A stretch of DNA of 64,000 bases from the human T2T-CHM13v2.0 reference genome, Homo sapiens. Location of the stretch: assembly GCF_009914755.1 (NCBI RefSeq), contig NC_060925.1; one strand, given 5' to 3'. Each line of letters opens with the position of its first letter. The stretch's first letter is position 1. A program made the translations under genes and the position numbers. Below the pieces are notes generated by a model. That model ran no database searches and was not told where the DNA came from. It saw only the letters and a list, made by a program, of their open reading frames with translations. Of this stretch, positions 1-12,256 are shown piece after piece.

Positions 1-855
1 GGTCTGTGCGTATGGTTGTGTGTCTGGTCTGTGTGCATGGTCTGTGTGTGTGTAGTCGGTGTGTATGTGGTTTGTGTGTGATCTGTGTGGTCTGTGTGTG
101 TAGTGTGTGTGTGTGTGTGTGTAGTCTGTGTGTATGGTCTGAGTGTGTGTAGTCTGTGTGTATGTGGTCTGTGTGGTCCGTGTATAGTGTGTGTGTATGT
201 GGTCTGTGTGTATGGTCTGCATGTGTGTAGTCTGTGTGTATGTGGTCTGTGTGGTCTGTGTGTATGGTCTGCGTGTGTGTAGTCTGTGTATGTGGTCTGT
301 GTGTGTAGTGTGTGTCTGTGTGTATGTGGTCTGTGTGTGCAGTGTGTGTGTGTGTCGTCTGTGTGTATGGTCTGTGTGTGTACATGGTCTGTGTGTGTGT
401 GGTCTGTGTGTAGTGTGTGTGTGTGGTCTGTGTGTATGGTCCGGGTGTGTGTGTGGTCTGTATGTATGGTCTTTGTGTGTGTGTGGTCTGTGTGTGTAGT
501 GTAGTGTGTGTGGTCCATGTGTGTGGTGTTTGTGGTGTGTGTCTGTGTGTGGGAGTATGTTTACGGAGTGTGGTGTATGTTTGCATGATGTGCCAATGTA
601 GCATGTGGGGCATGTGTGTGGTGTGGTGTAGGTGTGTGTGATGCATGGTGTGTGTGTGTTGTTTGTGATGTGTGTGCGGCATGTGTGTGTGGTGTGTAGA
701 GTATGCTGTGTGGGGTGTGTGTTTGTGATGTGTATGTGTTGTGTGCATGTGGGTGCATGTGTGTGTGGTGTGTAGAGTGTACTGTGTGGTGTGTGTGTGT
801 GTGTGTGATGTGTATGTGTGGTGTGTGTGTGGGTGTGTGTGGGTGTGGTGTGTGG
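1..855. repeat. GT-rich degenerate tandem repeat / low-complexity tract (runs off the left edge)
   Basis: Almost only G/T dinucleotides; 1-520 built from recurring GGTCTGTGTGT(AT) / GTAGT(C)TGTGTG units, 520-855 more degenerate (GT)n. Confidence 0.95.
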
Positions 856-1289
856 GGAGAGGAGAGGTGTTGGAAGGTCACCTCCATAGGGATGATGCTG
901 TGTTGTGATTCCTTTCAGAGCTCAACACTGAGTTGGCATTCAGCACCCTGGACTTTTGACTGTTGTTAGAGTCCAGGTGAGTCATCCAGCTTCAGAACAC
1001 AGTGACTGCTTCCAAGGTTCTGGGCCCCTTAAGGATCTATTTCCTAAGAGATGTGGTAGCTCAGTTCTGTCCTGCAGATAAAGGGTGGGAAGGAAGAAGG
1101 GAAAGGATTATACTTTTTCCCACTCCTTTTACCCCATAATGGGGAGGGGATGTGTGTGAGGGCCTCCTGCGTCTTGTTTTCCGCCTCTATTGAGTGGGTG
1201 AGGTCTTGCCTCCCTTTCTCGTGCAACTCTTTTAGTGGTTTACAACCTGCAGTCTCTCTGCTCCGTGTCCACAGAGCACAGGAAGCCAA

Positions 1290-1460
1290 CAGCCAGGAGC
1301 AGCCTCTGGCATCAGAGGGAGTGGGTTCAAAGTCCAATTCTGCTACTTTCTAGCTGATAAATTGCTTAGCTCCCTGTCCATAAGTGGGCTTGATAGTAAG
1401 TGCTTATTACTTCCCAACGACGGGGAGATGCACACAAGCATCTAATGTGGTGGGTGGTAC
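1290..1460 (+). mobile_element. MIR (SINE) remnant
   Basis: ctctggcatcagag..gggttcaaagtccaattctgctactttctagctg resembles the MIR core; boundaries approximate. Confidence 0.55.
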
Positions 1461-2399
1461 TAGATCGCCATGATTACCTCTGCAGCCACTTTTGGACGCT
1501 CGATGCAGCCACATTAGACACTGACCGAGGCCACTGCACACAGACCGGGTGCTGGGTATTGCGGGAACCAAGGAGCAAGCCAGCCAGTCCTGGGGCTCCG
1601 TCAGCATCTGGTCCACTGGAGAAGCAGATACATCTCTGGGCCTCATTATGGTCCATCTCTGCTTGGACTTTACATCCTCCACCACCTCACACTCAGCACA
1701 TTCCAAGCTGAGGATGTTGTAACCTCCCCAAGCCCGCTTCCCCCAGGCTTCCTGCTGTGTCATCAATATCTTCACTTTCCTAGGAACCCAGGCTCCACAT
1801 GTGGCCTCAGTAACCCCTCCTCTACTTCACACCTTCTGTACCATCGGGAGACCCCAGGGATTCAGCCTTTCATGGAGTGTCTCCCTGCCTGTCACAGTCC
1901 TCTTGCAACCCATCCTGCTGAAGATGTGATTTGTTTTAGCCTGGGGAAGAGCAGAGCTGCCTCCTGTGCCAGATAACCCTTGCTAACACATGGCTTTTAA
2001 CATGCTCCTCACCTGCCCCAACCCAATGGTCCACAGAAAGTTGTGGCTATCTCTCCTCCCTCCAGTTCTGGCATGCTTTTCCTGCCTCATCCCTACTATT
2101 CCATGAATGAACCCCACATTTAAGGTAGGGTTTTCTCCCTTGCTGTATCCAAGTCAATCTAGACCTAGTGGCCCAGTTCTATTGACCAGCTGTCCCTGAA
2201 TTTTCGAGGCCAATTCTTGCATTCTGTGACGAAACTGGTTGTAATCTCTCATACCCCGGGGCACCAGCCTCTACCTTTATGATCTTCTAGACTCTGGAAT
2301 TCAGGAATGACTTAAGGCCACTTAAAACCACACCCTCCCTTGCCCTCACCTTCCATCTCCTCCCAGGGCACCATATGGCAATTGTTCTACATTCCCTCC

Positions 2400-2985
2400 A
2401 AGATTCCTCCTCCCAAGCCTAGGCCCATATGAATTTTCACTTAGCTCCAGAATCCCCCTTCAGCCATGTATCCCCCAACCAGGTAAGCACTCAGTGGCTC
2501 ACTTCTGCTGAGTCCTGCGGCGTCGGCATCAACCCTGTTCCCCAGGCCTTCCTTGGTCATGCACCAACCTCCCATCTGAGGCACTCTGGTGCACAGCTCA
2601 TATTTTGCATTCCCTTCCCTGTGGGCTAGGGCAGTGTTTCTCCCACTTTACAAACTCAGGCTCCCTTTTAATAAGCCTAAGGCCCTCCCCTGCTGCACCA
2701 TGGAAATGAGCGATGTAGTCTGTACAGGTCTGTGTTGTAACCTCCTCTGCCTCCCTTGCAGGCACCCCTGTTGCTCCTTCCCAAGCCCCTGCTTCCCACC
2801 ACACCAGTCAAGGCTGCACTCCCCTGGGGCTCTGTAGTTTTTTTTGTAGCATGTACCATAGTCGTGCTTAAATAATTATTGAACTACTTGTGATGAGTTG
2901 TTTAATGTGTCTGCTGCATCACAACATCAGCTTTGTGAAGTCAGGGGTTCAGTTTTGTTCGCCTTCGTATCCCCAGCACCTGGCC
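2400..2985 (+). mobile_element. L2 (LINE2) 3' remnant
   Basis: Ends in cagctttgtgaagtcagggg..ttttgttcgccttcgtatccccagcacctggc, similar to the L2 3' end; left boundary uncertain. Confidence 0.5.
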
Positions 2986-2989
2986 TACC

Positions 2990-3460
2990 TATTCCAAGCA
3001 AAATCCAGCTCCCTAAAAATACCCTCCTACAACCTGTCAATAAGCTGAAGTTATTCATTGCTTACTGTGGTCTGGGAGAGCCCTGCCCTGATAGTCTGAA
3101 TAGCAGCATCTCAGATGGGGCATCCAAGTCGGGGTACTTATGAGGCTTTGGGGTTGGGTTTTAGAGGCTGTTCAGTGCAGCAGGGGAGGGGTTTATAGTA
3201 TGAGGATTGGTGGATGCGGTAATGTGAGGGTTTTGAGGCAAGGGATTCAAAGAACCTTGAGGTATAAATAGTCACTGATGCTATCTATTGAAAAGTCTCA
3301 TCGTTTAATGATCATTTGAATGAATTCTTCCAGAAAGTTCCTGAAACAAACAAAGTTATTTGCAGCTTTTATTTTCCTGGACAAGTGTTTCATGTAAGAG
3401 CAAAGTCACGTTAATGTAGACAGTAAGCTTCAAGGGTGCAGATGATTTGCGTTCTCAGAG
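2990..3460 (-). mobile_element. Putative old LTR fragment, family not assigned
   Basis: Interrupts the L2 tail, ends in ..gttctCA, LTR-like composition; recognition weak. Confidence 0.25.
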
Positions 3461-3888
3461 TGAACAATTCCAGATGTTGCCCAATCTCCCAAACTCCTAG
3501 AACTGCATGTGTGAAGTTTCAGGATGGCCAACGCCTGCCAGGTCGTGCATTATTTCTGAGCAGCCCCAAGGAAGGCTTGCATTTGAGTGTGAACCTCTGC
3601 TTCTCGTGCCCCTTCTGTCCTGTCCTGTCCCATCCCATAAGAGGGCCCTTTCTCTCAGCTGCAGTGTAGACAGTACTCTGGTACTGACGTCCCTGAAATG
3701 CTACTAAGCCAGTAAGGAAAGCTGGGTGGGTGTGGAGATGGAGAGCACAACTTGGAGCTGAGTGTGTGGGGGATGTGGCTGCTCTGAGGCTTCCCTGTCA
3801 AGCGTCTCTGCCATGATGTAGCCACACCACGCATCACTGTTCAGCCTCCTCCTTAGCACCAGGGCCTACACTTTCTCGCAGCCTAGGC

Positions 3889-4279
3889 TGATATAATAAT
3901 AACCTTAGACAAATTTAACAGAGTTTAACTGAGCAAAGAACGATTCACAAGTTGGGCAGCTGCTGAACCAGGAGGAGTTCACAGAGGCCCTGGCACTGCC
4001 CTGTGATCAAAGATTATTCATAGACAGAAAACGGAAAGTGATGTACAGAAAACAGAAGTGAGGTATAGGAACAGCCGGATTGGTTACAGCCTGGTGTTCG
4101 CCTTATTTGATCCTGGTTTGAACAGTTGGTTGCCTTTGATTGACCAAAACTCAGGGATTGGCATAAGAGTAGGCTACAGTTCATTTACATATCCAGTTTG
4201 GTTGCAGTTCATATGTACAGAGAAACCTTTAGGCCAAACCTAAAATATGTTGGGAGGTAGATTTAGGTGAAGCTTAACA
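3889..4279 (-). mobile_element. MER57B-type solo LTR (ERV1)
   Basis: TG..CA termini, 4 bp TSD AGGC (3885-3888 and 4280-4283); reverse complement matches recalled MER57B consensus (GGCCTAAAGGTTTCTCTGTACAT..TGTAACCAATCCGGCTGTT). Confidence 0.85.
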
Positions 4280-4539
4280 AGGCCTCCCTATCTCACTCTC
4301 CCCATCACAAAAGCAAAACAAGAACTCCTGAGATCTTCAGATCGAGCAGAGCGATTTTGCTCCTTTTAGTCTTCTCTCATCTCTAATCTTCTGCAAAAAC
4401 AAAATGTCCATTGACGTATTTCCCCAAAGAAAAAATAGTTCCCTCTCTAAAAGGAATTCTATTGTTATCTTAGACAGCAAACAATTCATTTTCCCCACCC
4501 CACCTGCATAAATAGAAATTCCATCAGTGGTTGAAAATA

Positions 4540-4612
4540 TTAGGTTGAATCATATGAAATACTCATTTTGTCAGTCAGAAATAGTCAAATAGCAACAATC
4601 TCATATCCCCTA
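4540..4612 (-). mobile_element. MADE2-type mariner MITE
   Basis: TTAGGTTGAATCATATGAAAT terminus and decayed inverted end caatctcatat; ~75 bp. Confidence 0.65.
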
Positions 4613-5019
4613 GAGTAAAAAATATGTAAAATACTAAGATAATGAATTAATTTGATTATTCTAGGGAATTGTATTCCTATGACTGAACCCAAAGAATTCT
4701 AGCAATAAGACTGAAAATAATTTTTTATTGCTGTCAGTAAAAACCATAAGGACAAGGAATAATTTCATTACCCAGAAAGATGGTGTAATAACTGAAACTA
4801 ATTATGGAGGAAGCTGGTTATATTTCACCCACTGGCATCTCAGTGGGGAACTGTCTGTACTGGGAAATCAAACTGGAGTTGAAAACTGGTATCTGATTTC
4901 TACTTTAACCAGGGTTCATGGTGTCAGTTGGAAAGGCAGGCAGGGACTGAATCAAATTTGCAGATCCCCAGGTCAGAGGCAGAATGATAGCCTAACAGAG
5001 ACAGAGGACTTCCTATGAG

Positions 5020-5175
5020 CCCCAGTCCTGGACGGTGTTCTAAGTGCCTTGCCGGTAGTATTTATACTCCCTGAGGAAACAGGCACTGAGCAATAAAATG
5101 ATTTGCTTGGGGTCCCACAACAATAGACAGTGGAGCCTTCTAGCTGCAGGTCCCAGGCTCTTAGACACCATGCTC
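5020..5175 (-). mobile_element. MIR remnant
   Basis: gttctaagtgc..gaggaaacaggcactgag..tgatttgc..gtcccaca..gtggagcc..gctcttagacaccatgc. Confidence 0.5.
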
Positions 5176-5829
5176 AACTGCTCTGTTCTTTCAGGGCACC
5201 CCACAAAGACACTTGCCCCGAAGGCCAGGGGGGAGAGGGGAATGGTAGTGAGAAAAAAAGGTATTCAGTATTAAGGAAAGAAATGATTTTCACAGTTACC
5301 TTTGAAATGGTAATTGGAAAATCTGACCAAGGATGTTGGTCAGATCAACACCCTTGCAGATGGAGCAGGCAGGAGGTTGCACTCTAGCAAGCATGGGGTA
5401 GGGTCAGCGAGTTCTTGATCATGCCATGAGAAACTGGCATGGCACTCAGCTGCCATCTGGGGTAGACATGCCCCACTCCTTGGGAACCCAGATCTAGACA
5501 ACTGCCAACTTTTTCAGAGAATTATGCAGTCTCCTTTTTACGTAGGATGTGTTTTACTGTAATGTACATCCTATTTCCTCTTAGAGATGATCTGCCTGCT
5601 TCAGTCCCATTCTCCTCTTAGTATTCTTTTTCATTCTGGGATATGAATAAGAAATTGGATTTAGGCACCAAAGTTCTCACTTGTAGCCCTAATCCTACCA
5701 ACTATTCCTGGTGCTAGCTTTGAAGCATTCTTTCGGAGCATCAACAGAGGCTCAAATTTCTCCAATCCTAAGTACAACAGCACAGAAATGTCCGCTGTTG
5801 CTACTGTTTTATTTGTGGTCTTACCTTCT

Positions 5830-7035
5830 CTACCAGCATTGAGAACAATGAATCTGTCCTTGCTCTCCCCTCTTCATCACCTCCAGCTCAAGACCCATCT
5901 ACCCACAGTGCACTCAGTCACGACACTCAACCTTGCTTGTCCAACGTCACCAGTGAGCTCCCTTTGGCCAGTCCAGGGGACGCCTCTCAGTCCTCTCTTC
6001 CACATTTGGCCTTGTCATTCACTCCTCTACCCTGGCTTCTGACATGGCTTCCATCTCTGCTTCTACATTTCTGGCCATTTCTCCCTGGCCTTGAGTGTGG
6101 CATGAGCTCTCCTCACTGTACTGTCTCATGGGGCGGTGGTGCCCATTCTCAGTTTAAATTTCCATCTCGGATCTATCTTCTCTGAGTTTCATACTCACAT
6201 TTCTAGCTGTGCCTCTTAAATGTCTCATAGACCTGTCAAATGCAACATGTTCAAAACCCAAGTCACCATTTTCCCAAGATCCGCTCCTCCTTCGATATTA
6301 CCTGCCTCTGTCAAAGATGTCCCCAGACCATAAACTCAGGTCATCTAGAACCATTCCTTTTTTTTTTAATTCTCACATTCACTCTTCACCTCCTAAATAT
6401 TTTCCAGTCCAATTCCATCCCTTTCTCCCACCCTCCTGCTCCTGCCATCTCTCTCCTGTCTAGGGTATTTAGCCTCTTGACTGATCTATCTCTTGTTTTA
6501 CTCTGTTCAACTCCATTTTCCCAATAGTTATCTGAGTGATGATGGCTGTATCTTAAATAAAATCTGCCAAGTCACACCCTTGCTGAAGCCCTAATATTGT
6601 TCCCGAGCAAACTTTTTACTGTGACAGCCCTGCCTGGTGCCGACTTCCCTGCTCAGCTGCCCTCTGTCCTCTGTGCTCCGCTGTGCTGCAGGCAGTTACC
6701 GCCATTTCCACAGCGCTCTAATGGGGCCCGCTCTCATCCTTTTGCTCTGGACTTTGTGTCTTGGGCGCCATGTGTTCTCAGGCCCTCATTGTCAAGTCAT
6801 CTCCCTGGTCTTTTAGGTTGTGTCCTGGAGTCTCCTTGTCCAGGGCAGATTCTCCACTGCTCCCCCATCCTTCATCCACTCTTCAGCCCCACTGCCCAGC
6901 ACAGCCTGTCTCACAGCTCCTGTTGCTCAGTGGCCAAATGATCTATTTACGAGTGTGTCTTTTTCCGACTGGACTACAGATACCAGCCGGACAGGGGATC
7001 TTGTCCTATTTATCCTTGCATTCTCAGTACTTTGA
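5830..7035 (+). mobile_element. L2 remnant (fragmented)
   Basis: Pyrimidine-rich with L2 hallmarks (aaatgtctcatagacctgtcaaatgcaacatgttcaaaac; ggacaggggatcttgtcctatttatc..ttctcagtac). Confidence 0.6.
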
Positions 7036-7038
7036 GTA

Positions 7039-7766
7039 TAGTTGACCCTTGAACAACATGCAGGTTATGGCGGCCGACCCTCAGCACAGTCCCAGTACAA
7101 TTTTTGATTCCCCAGAATTTTCATGACTAATAGCCTACTGCTGACCAAAGCCCTACCAATAACATAAACAGTTGACCAATTCATATATTTATGCATTCAT
7201 GACATGCCTAACTTTTTCTTATTTTTTGCAATGCTTCTCTTTTTAGTGTTTTAAAAAAATTCTTAAATTATTTTTTATTTTTAAATTTTTTTCTCTTGTC
7301 TACTTTTGCAATGTTTCTTTCTTTCTTTTTTGAGATGGCATCTCGTTCTGTCATCCAGGCTGGAGTGCAGTGCTGCGATCTCAGCTCACAGCAACCTCCA
7401 CCTCCTGAGTTCAAACAATTCTTGTGCCCCAGCCTCTCGAGTAGCTGGGATTACAGGCGGGTGCCACCACGCCCAGCTAGTTTTTGTATTTCTAGTAGAG
7501 ACAGGGTTTCACCATGTTGGCTGTGCTGCCCTCGAACTCCTGACCTCAAGTGATTTGCCCGCCTCAACCTCCCAAAGTGCTGGGATTACAGGCCTGAGCC
7601 ACCATGGCCAGTCATATTTTTGCAGTGTTTCTAGGCTACACGTTTTGTCTGCAAGTTCTTCCAAATTGTCAAAAATCTCCAAATAATTTTCCAATTACTT
7701 ATTGGAAAAAATCCTCATATAAGTGAACCCACACAGTTCAAACCCGTGTTGTTCAAGGGTCACCTG
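7039..7766 (-). mobile_element. Tigger2a/MER28-type DNA transposon MITE, interrupted by an Alu
   Basis: Terminal inverted repeats (t)AGTTGACCCTTGAACAACA / TGTTGTTCAAGGGTCACCTG, TA TSDs at 7037-7038 and 7767-7768. Confidence 0.85.
7319..7609 (-). mobile_element. Alu (S-type)
   Basis: Full dimer on minus strand with T-rich tail; flanked by ttttgca(a/g)tgtttct. Confidence 0.95.
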
Positions 7767-7814
7767 TACTTAGTAGACCTTCACTGTACCTTTATCAAGC
7801 TGTTGCTGAAGTGG

Positions 7815-7965
7815 ACGATGTCCTTGGCAAGTCACCTACTTCTGAGCTTTGGCATATTACATATCAGGTGGGGATAACAGGACCGGCCCAGCTTATTCAC
7901 AGGTTAGTGGGAAGATCATGTTAAATGACATGTGCAAAAGCCCTCCATAAGCTATTTGACTTTAT
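7815..7965 (+). mobile_element. MIR remnant
   Basis: ccttggcaagtcacctacttctgagc..gggataacag..ttaaatgacatgtgcaaaagc. Confidence 0.6.
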
Positions 7966-9174
7966 GCAATTATAAGATGAAATCACCACTTTCAGCCTCT
8001 GAGGCAGTGTTTCCCTCCTCAGTTCTTCAATTCTTCCAAAACACAGTAAGGTGAGGTTCCCCTCCTGCTGGGGCGAAGGTAGACTGGGATGGTAAAGGAG
8101 GGGCACACTCCATTTGGCCCCTGGGATTCTTCTTCAGCCCCACTAGGCAGGTATACATCTCACAGAGTGAGTACCTGTGAGCCTTGGTTGCTGACAAAGA
8201 AAATCTGCACAATCCAGGGAGAGGTCTTTGACTTTTTTCCCTCCAAAGGGAAGCTGAAGAGGCCTGCTGAGAGGAGCTGAGCAGCTCCAGCTGGGGGTCC
8301 ACACAAAGTCCTTAGTGCTGGCCATGCGGTGTCATTCTCCCTCCGGAAACTTAACCTGCATGATGGAGATTCTGGACACATTCGCATAGTGTTGCATTGG
8401 CAGGGTGTGGTTTGCTGCTGTGGTCACACTTTGGGGAGGTTGTCGCTGTCTGTGTCTCTATGCTTTAGAGTTCGGGAGAGAAAGGACATCTGTGTCCAGG
8501 TGGTCCAGAGGTCGGGGGCTGCATGGCTGGAGAAAGCTGGGGTGGTTTCTGAGGGTGTGCACTGGCCTCTGCCGTGCCTTTTATCCCATCAGTGAGCCAT
8601 GAGATAGCTGATTATGGCTCTTGACATCTTCCAAGAAGGCTTAGTGCCCAAGTTATGCCAAGACCTCTGTGGGCATAAAAACACACACAACTCTGGCCTG
8701 CTCAACTCCCTGCGAGGCAGAGCTGGCAGGAGGAAGATGAGGGGTGGACCAGAGAGCAAAAGACAAATGACCAGCCCAGGCACCGGGCCGTGCAGCCTGT
8801 TGGCCGCAGACCTTATCTGTTTTGGGGGAAGTTTCTGCAGTAGTGGGGATATGAAAATGTGTGAATGTAGGAATGGTTATCTAGGCCTAGGCAGTGGTGG
8901 AAAAGCATCATTGTTCTAAGGCAACATTAGAGACTCAAGAGAAGACTTGGGTGGGGGCAGGAGAAATTATGCTCAAAATGAAGCTAGGAAATGAGGCCCA
9001 GGCCACGGAAAATTGATTAGGCTAATCAGATCAGTAGAACTAAAATTAGAAGAGGAACAGAAGAAAAGTCCTTTGACCAGACAGGATTAGATGGGTTACC
9101 TAAAGTGGCAATGACAGTCATCTGTAAGTCTACATCCTGTTCTTAGATGCCAAAGCAGACCCAATGTTAGGACC

Positions 9175-9181
9175 GTGTGTG

Positions 9182-9222
<41 letters not shown>
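9175..9222. repeat. (GT)n microsatellite
   Basis: (GT)17 pure at 9189-9222 with interrupted GT/GA units upstream. Confidence 0.95.
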
Positions 9223-9224
<2 letters not shown>

Positions 9225-9237
9225 TAGGGGTCTGTAG

Positions 9238-9670
<433 letters not shown>

Positions 9671-10224
9671 TGAAAAAAGCTCTTTATAAAGTAGCACAAA
9701 CACGCAATTTAATATTTGTGTGCATGAGGAATCTGTAACTACCAAAGAGAGGAAAGATACTCAAGCAATTCAGGTTCACTTAAATCCACTTTGTTTTCCT
9801 TTTGGCTCCATCTCCATCCATTCCCCTCTCTGGTGGCTGTGTCCTCACCTCTGTCCCCCAGCCTTGTCACTTGCTAGGATAAGGCACAGGGCCTCACTGG
9901 ACTTTGTCTGCTCAGCTGTAAGTTAAGGGTGGTGAGAGCTGAAAATCTTCCAGCTCTGATGATCTGAGACCCACACTCGCTTTCTTCATTGACCTTCTGT
10001 TGGTCTATTTGGCATTATCCCTGATGTTCAGCCCTGGACAAATTGCAGGAATAATTTGCTCCCTGCTCGCTTGTTTAGCTGCCAGTAAAAGCTATGAAAA
10101 CCTTTCTACCTGAGAGTGAAAAGTTCGTGAATTGGAGCTCTTGGGGAAGCATTGAGCCGTTGAGGCCTGTCTAACAAATAACATGCTCTCTTTCTTTCTG
10201 TTCTTAGTTGTCATCTTTGCTTAT

Positions 10225-12205
10225 ATCATATTCATTCATTTGACAAATATTTATTGAAGTGTTCACAATAAGTATTTTGAAGTGTTTGCAATGTGCCAGG
10301 TTCCACACCAACTACTAGGAGTTTGAAAGTTTATAAGAAACTATCACTGTTGTCAAGAAGCCCATTGTTTAGTGGGGCATATGGATGTGGAAATCACTAC
10401 CCCTGCAGAGTGTGATAAGTGATTGGGGGTGACTGCAAACACAGGAACTCAGAAATGGAGATGAACCAGAAGGCCCTCAGCGGGGATACAAGGAAGGAGT
10501 GGCATGGGAGTGGAGTTCTGAGAGATGAGCAATAATGTGCGGGTGGGAAAGGTAAGGAGGTGGATATACGCTACGGTATAAAAGTGCTTGCAAGTTGCTG
10601 GGCAGGGGTTCAATGTAAGAGCAGGAATCAGCAACAGACTAGGTTGAAGAGAGGAGAGGGTTGGTGTGTGTCAAGGACTTTGAGTGCCCTGCTCAGGAGT
10701 TCAGATTTCATCCTAGAAGCAACAGGACACCACCAACAATTTCAATGCACTTGAATTTTGGCAGCTGTGTTGGAAGTGACTGATGTGGGAAGAGGCTGTA
10801 AAGGGGGGTGAGGGGGTGGCCTTTGGAGGTCTTTGAGTGCCCCAGGCAGGAGACAGGAAGAGACAATGGAAATGGGGCAGCAGAGGCCAAGGACAGAAAA
10901 TAGGAGCTCCCTTTAACCTAGAATCTGCTAAGCAGGGTGGGTTAAAGGAGAGGTAAGAGAAAGAATAACTTTGAGGTTTCTAATGTGAACAGCTGAGTAA
11001 AAGGAAAAAGGAATTGTAGCAGTGGATGTTACCCCAACTGACATCTTAGAGTGCCCCATAAGAAGACCCTGGAGGCTTTGTCTCTGCAGAACATTTTTGT
11101 GCACTGTTTCCTTCCTGCACAGCCCTCCCTGGTGGCCTGGTTTGGTGTCTTGGTTGTGGTCTCCTGTCTGGTTTCTGCATCTATGCCGAGGCCTTTCAAA
11201 GAAAAGTTTAATCTGAACAATCCCATGACATTGGCACTGGGTGCTCTTGACTCCAAGGCCTTCGGCTTCTGCTCTGCTTCATCCTACTCTTCTTGTTTCC
11301 TACCTTGGCTTCCAGAACTCTAGCCCAGGGGCCCTTCTTGTCCAGATTAATAGGGAGGGAAGAAGAGGAGAAAACTGTTTTTGACATGTTAGGCTAAAAG
11401 TGTCTGTGGGACATCCGTGCAGAGATTTCCAGTGGGCAGGTAGGAAAGAGTTCAGAGGAGAGGAAGGAACCATGTTTAGAAGCCGAAGACATAGAAGAAT
11501 GACCAAAATTACTCAAAAAGACCATACATGGGAGAGCTAAAAGAGAAGGAAAACTGAAAATTGACCTATAGGCAATGCCATTTGAGGTGGATATGACATG
11601 AAATTCCAGGGAAGAAGAATGAGGAAAGACAATCACAAAAATCACAGTGGACAAAACGGGGAATGTGTGCTAGAGTCAGAGGAGGATTTTTGAAGAAGAA
11701 GGAGGAGGAATGAACATCTGTATAAAATTGTTGCACAGAAGTGATTTTATTTAAACATTAAACATTAAAACATTTACTAGCCTTCCACTATATGACAATT
11801 GCTATACCAGGAATAGGGTTATCAGAAGTAAATCAGGTTCAGTCCCTGCCTGTAAGGATCCTCCAGTCTAGTAGAAGATAAAAACATAAATAGACAAGTG
11901 GAATAAATTGTAGGTTACACAGAGAACTAAAAATCAAACATATTGAACAGGTGGGAACAGACTTCCATGGCTTCAGAAAGGTGATGACTTTCAAGACCAG
12001 ACAGGAGCTATGTGCAGGTGTCCACAAGGTGAACCATCGGAGAGTTTCAGAGAGAGGAAGGACTAGGAGCTCCCACAGAGCTGGTAGAGTAAGTATGGCC
12101 AAGGATGAAGGATGAAGTAAGGGGCAGAGAGAGACATGAGTTTGAAGAATGTTCATGGTTCAGACTACTGAGGGCTTTGTAGTTTGGAGCAACAGGATTT
12201 TTGCT
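10225..12205 (-). mobile_element. Several L2 remnants
   Basis: ttcattcatttgacaaatatttattga..aatgtgccagg (L2 3' end, minus); ttttgacatgtt..ggacatcc..gagatttccagtgggcag; purine-rich L2 body; interspersed with unique sequence. Confidence 0.55.
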
Positions 12206-12256
12206 CATTTGTGAGTTTCCTGTGCCAAACCACAAATGGAGTGACTCAAAACAAGA
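12077..12256 (+). repeat. Copy 1 of a ~180 bp inverted local duplication (partner 15036-15214)
   Basis: Manual alignment to reverse complement of 15036-15214: about 15 differences in 180 nt. Confidence 0.92.

Noticed and set aside
85-969. Cys/Val-rich and His/Thr-rich ORFs resembling metallothionein- or keratin-associated proteins
   Set aside because: They are translations of the (GT)n/(CA)n tract in all frames; no coding context.
7296-7694. ORFs such as [13 protein letters not shown].. / SLPSSWDYR.. here and at all other Alus
   Set aside because: Standard Alu-derived translations, not genes.
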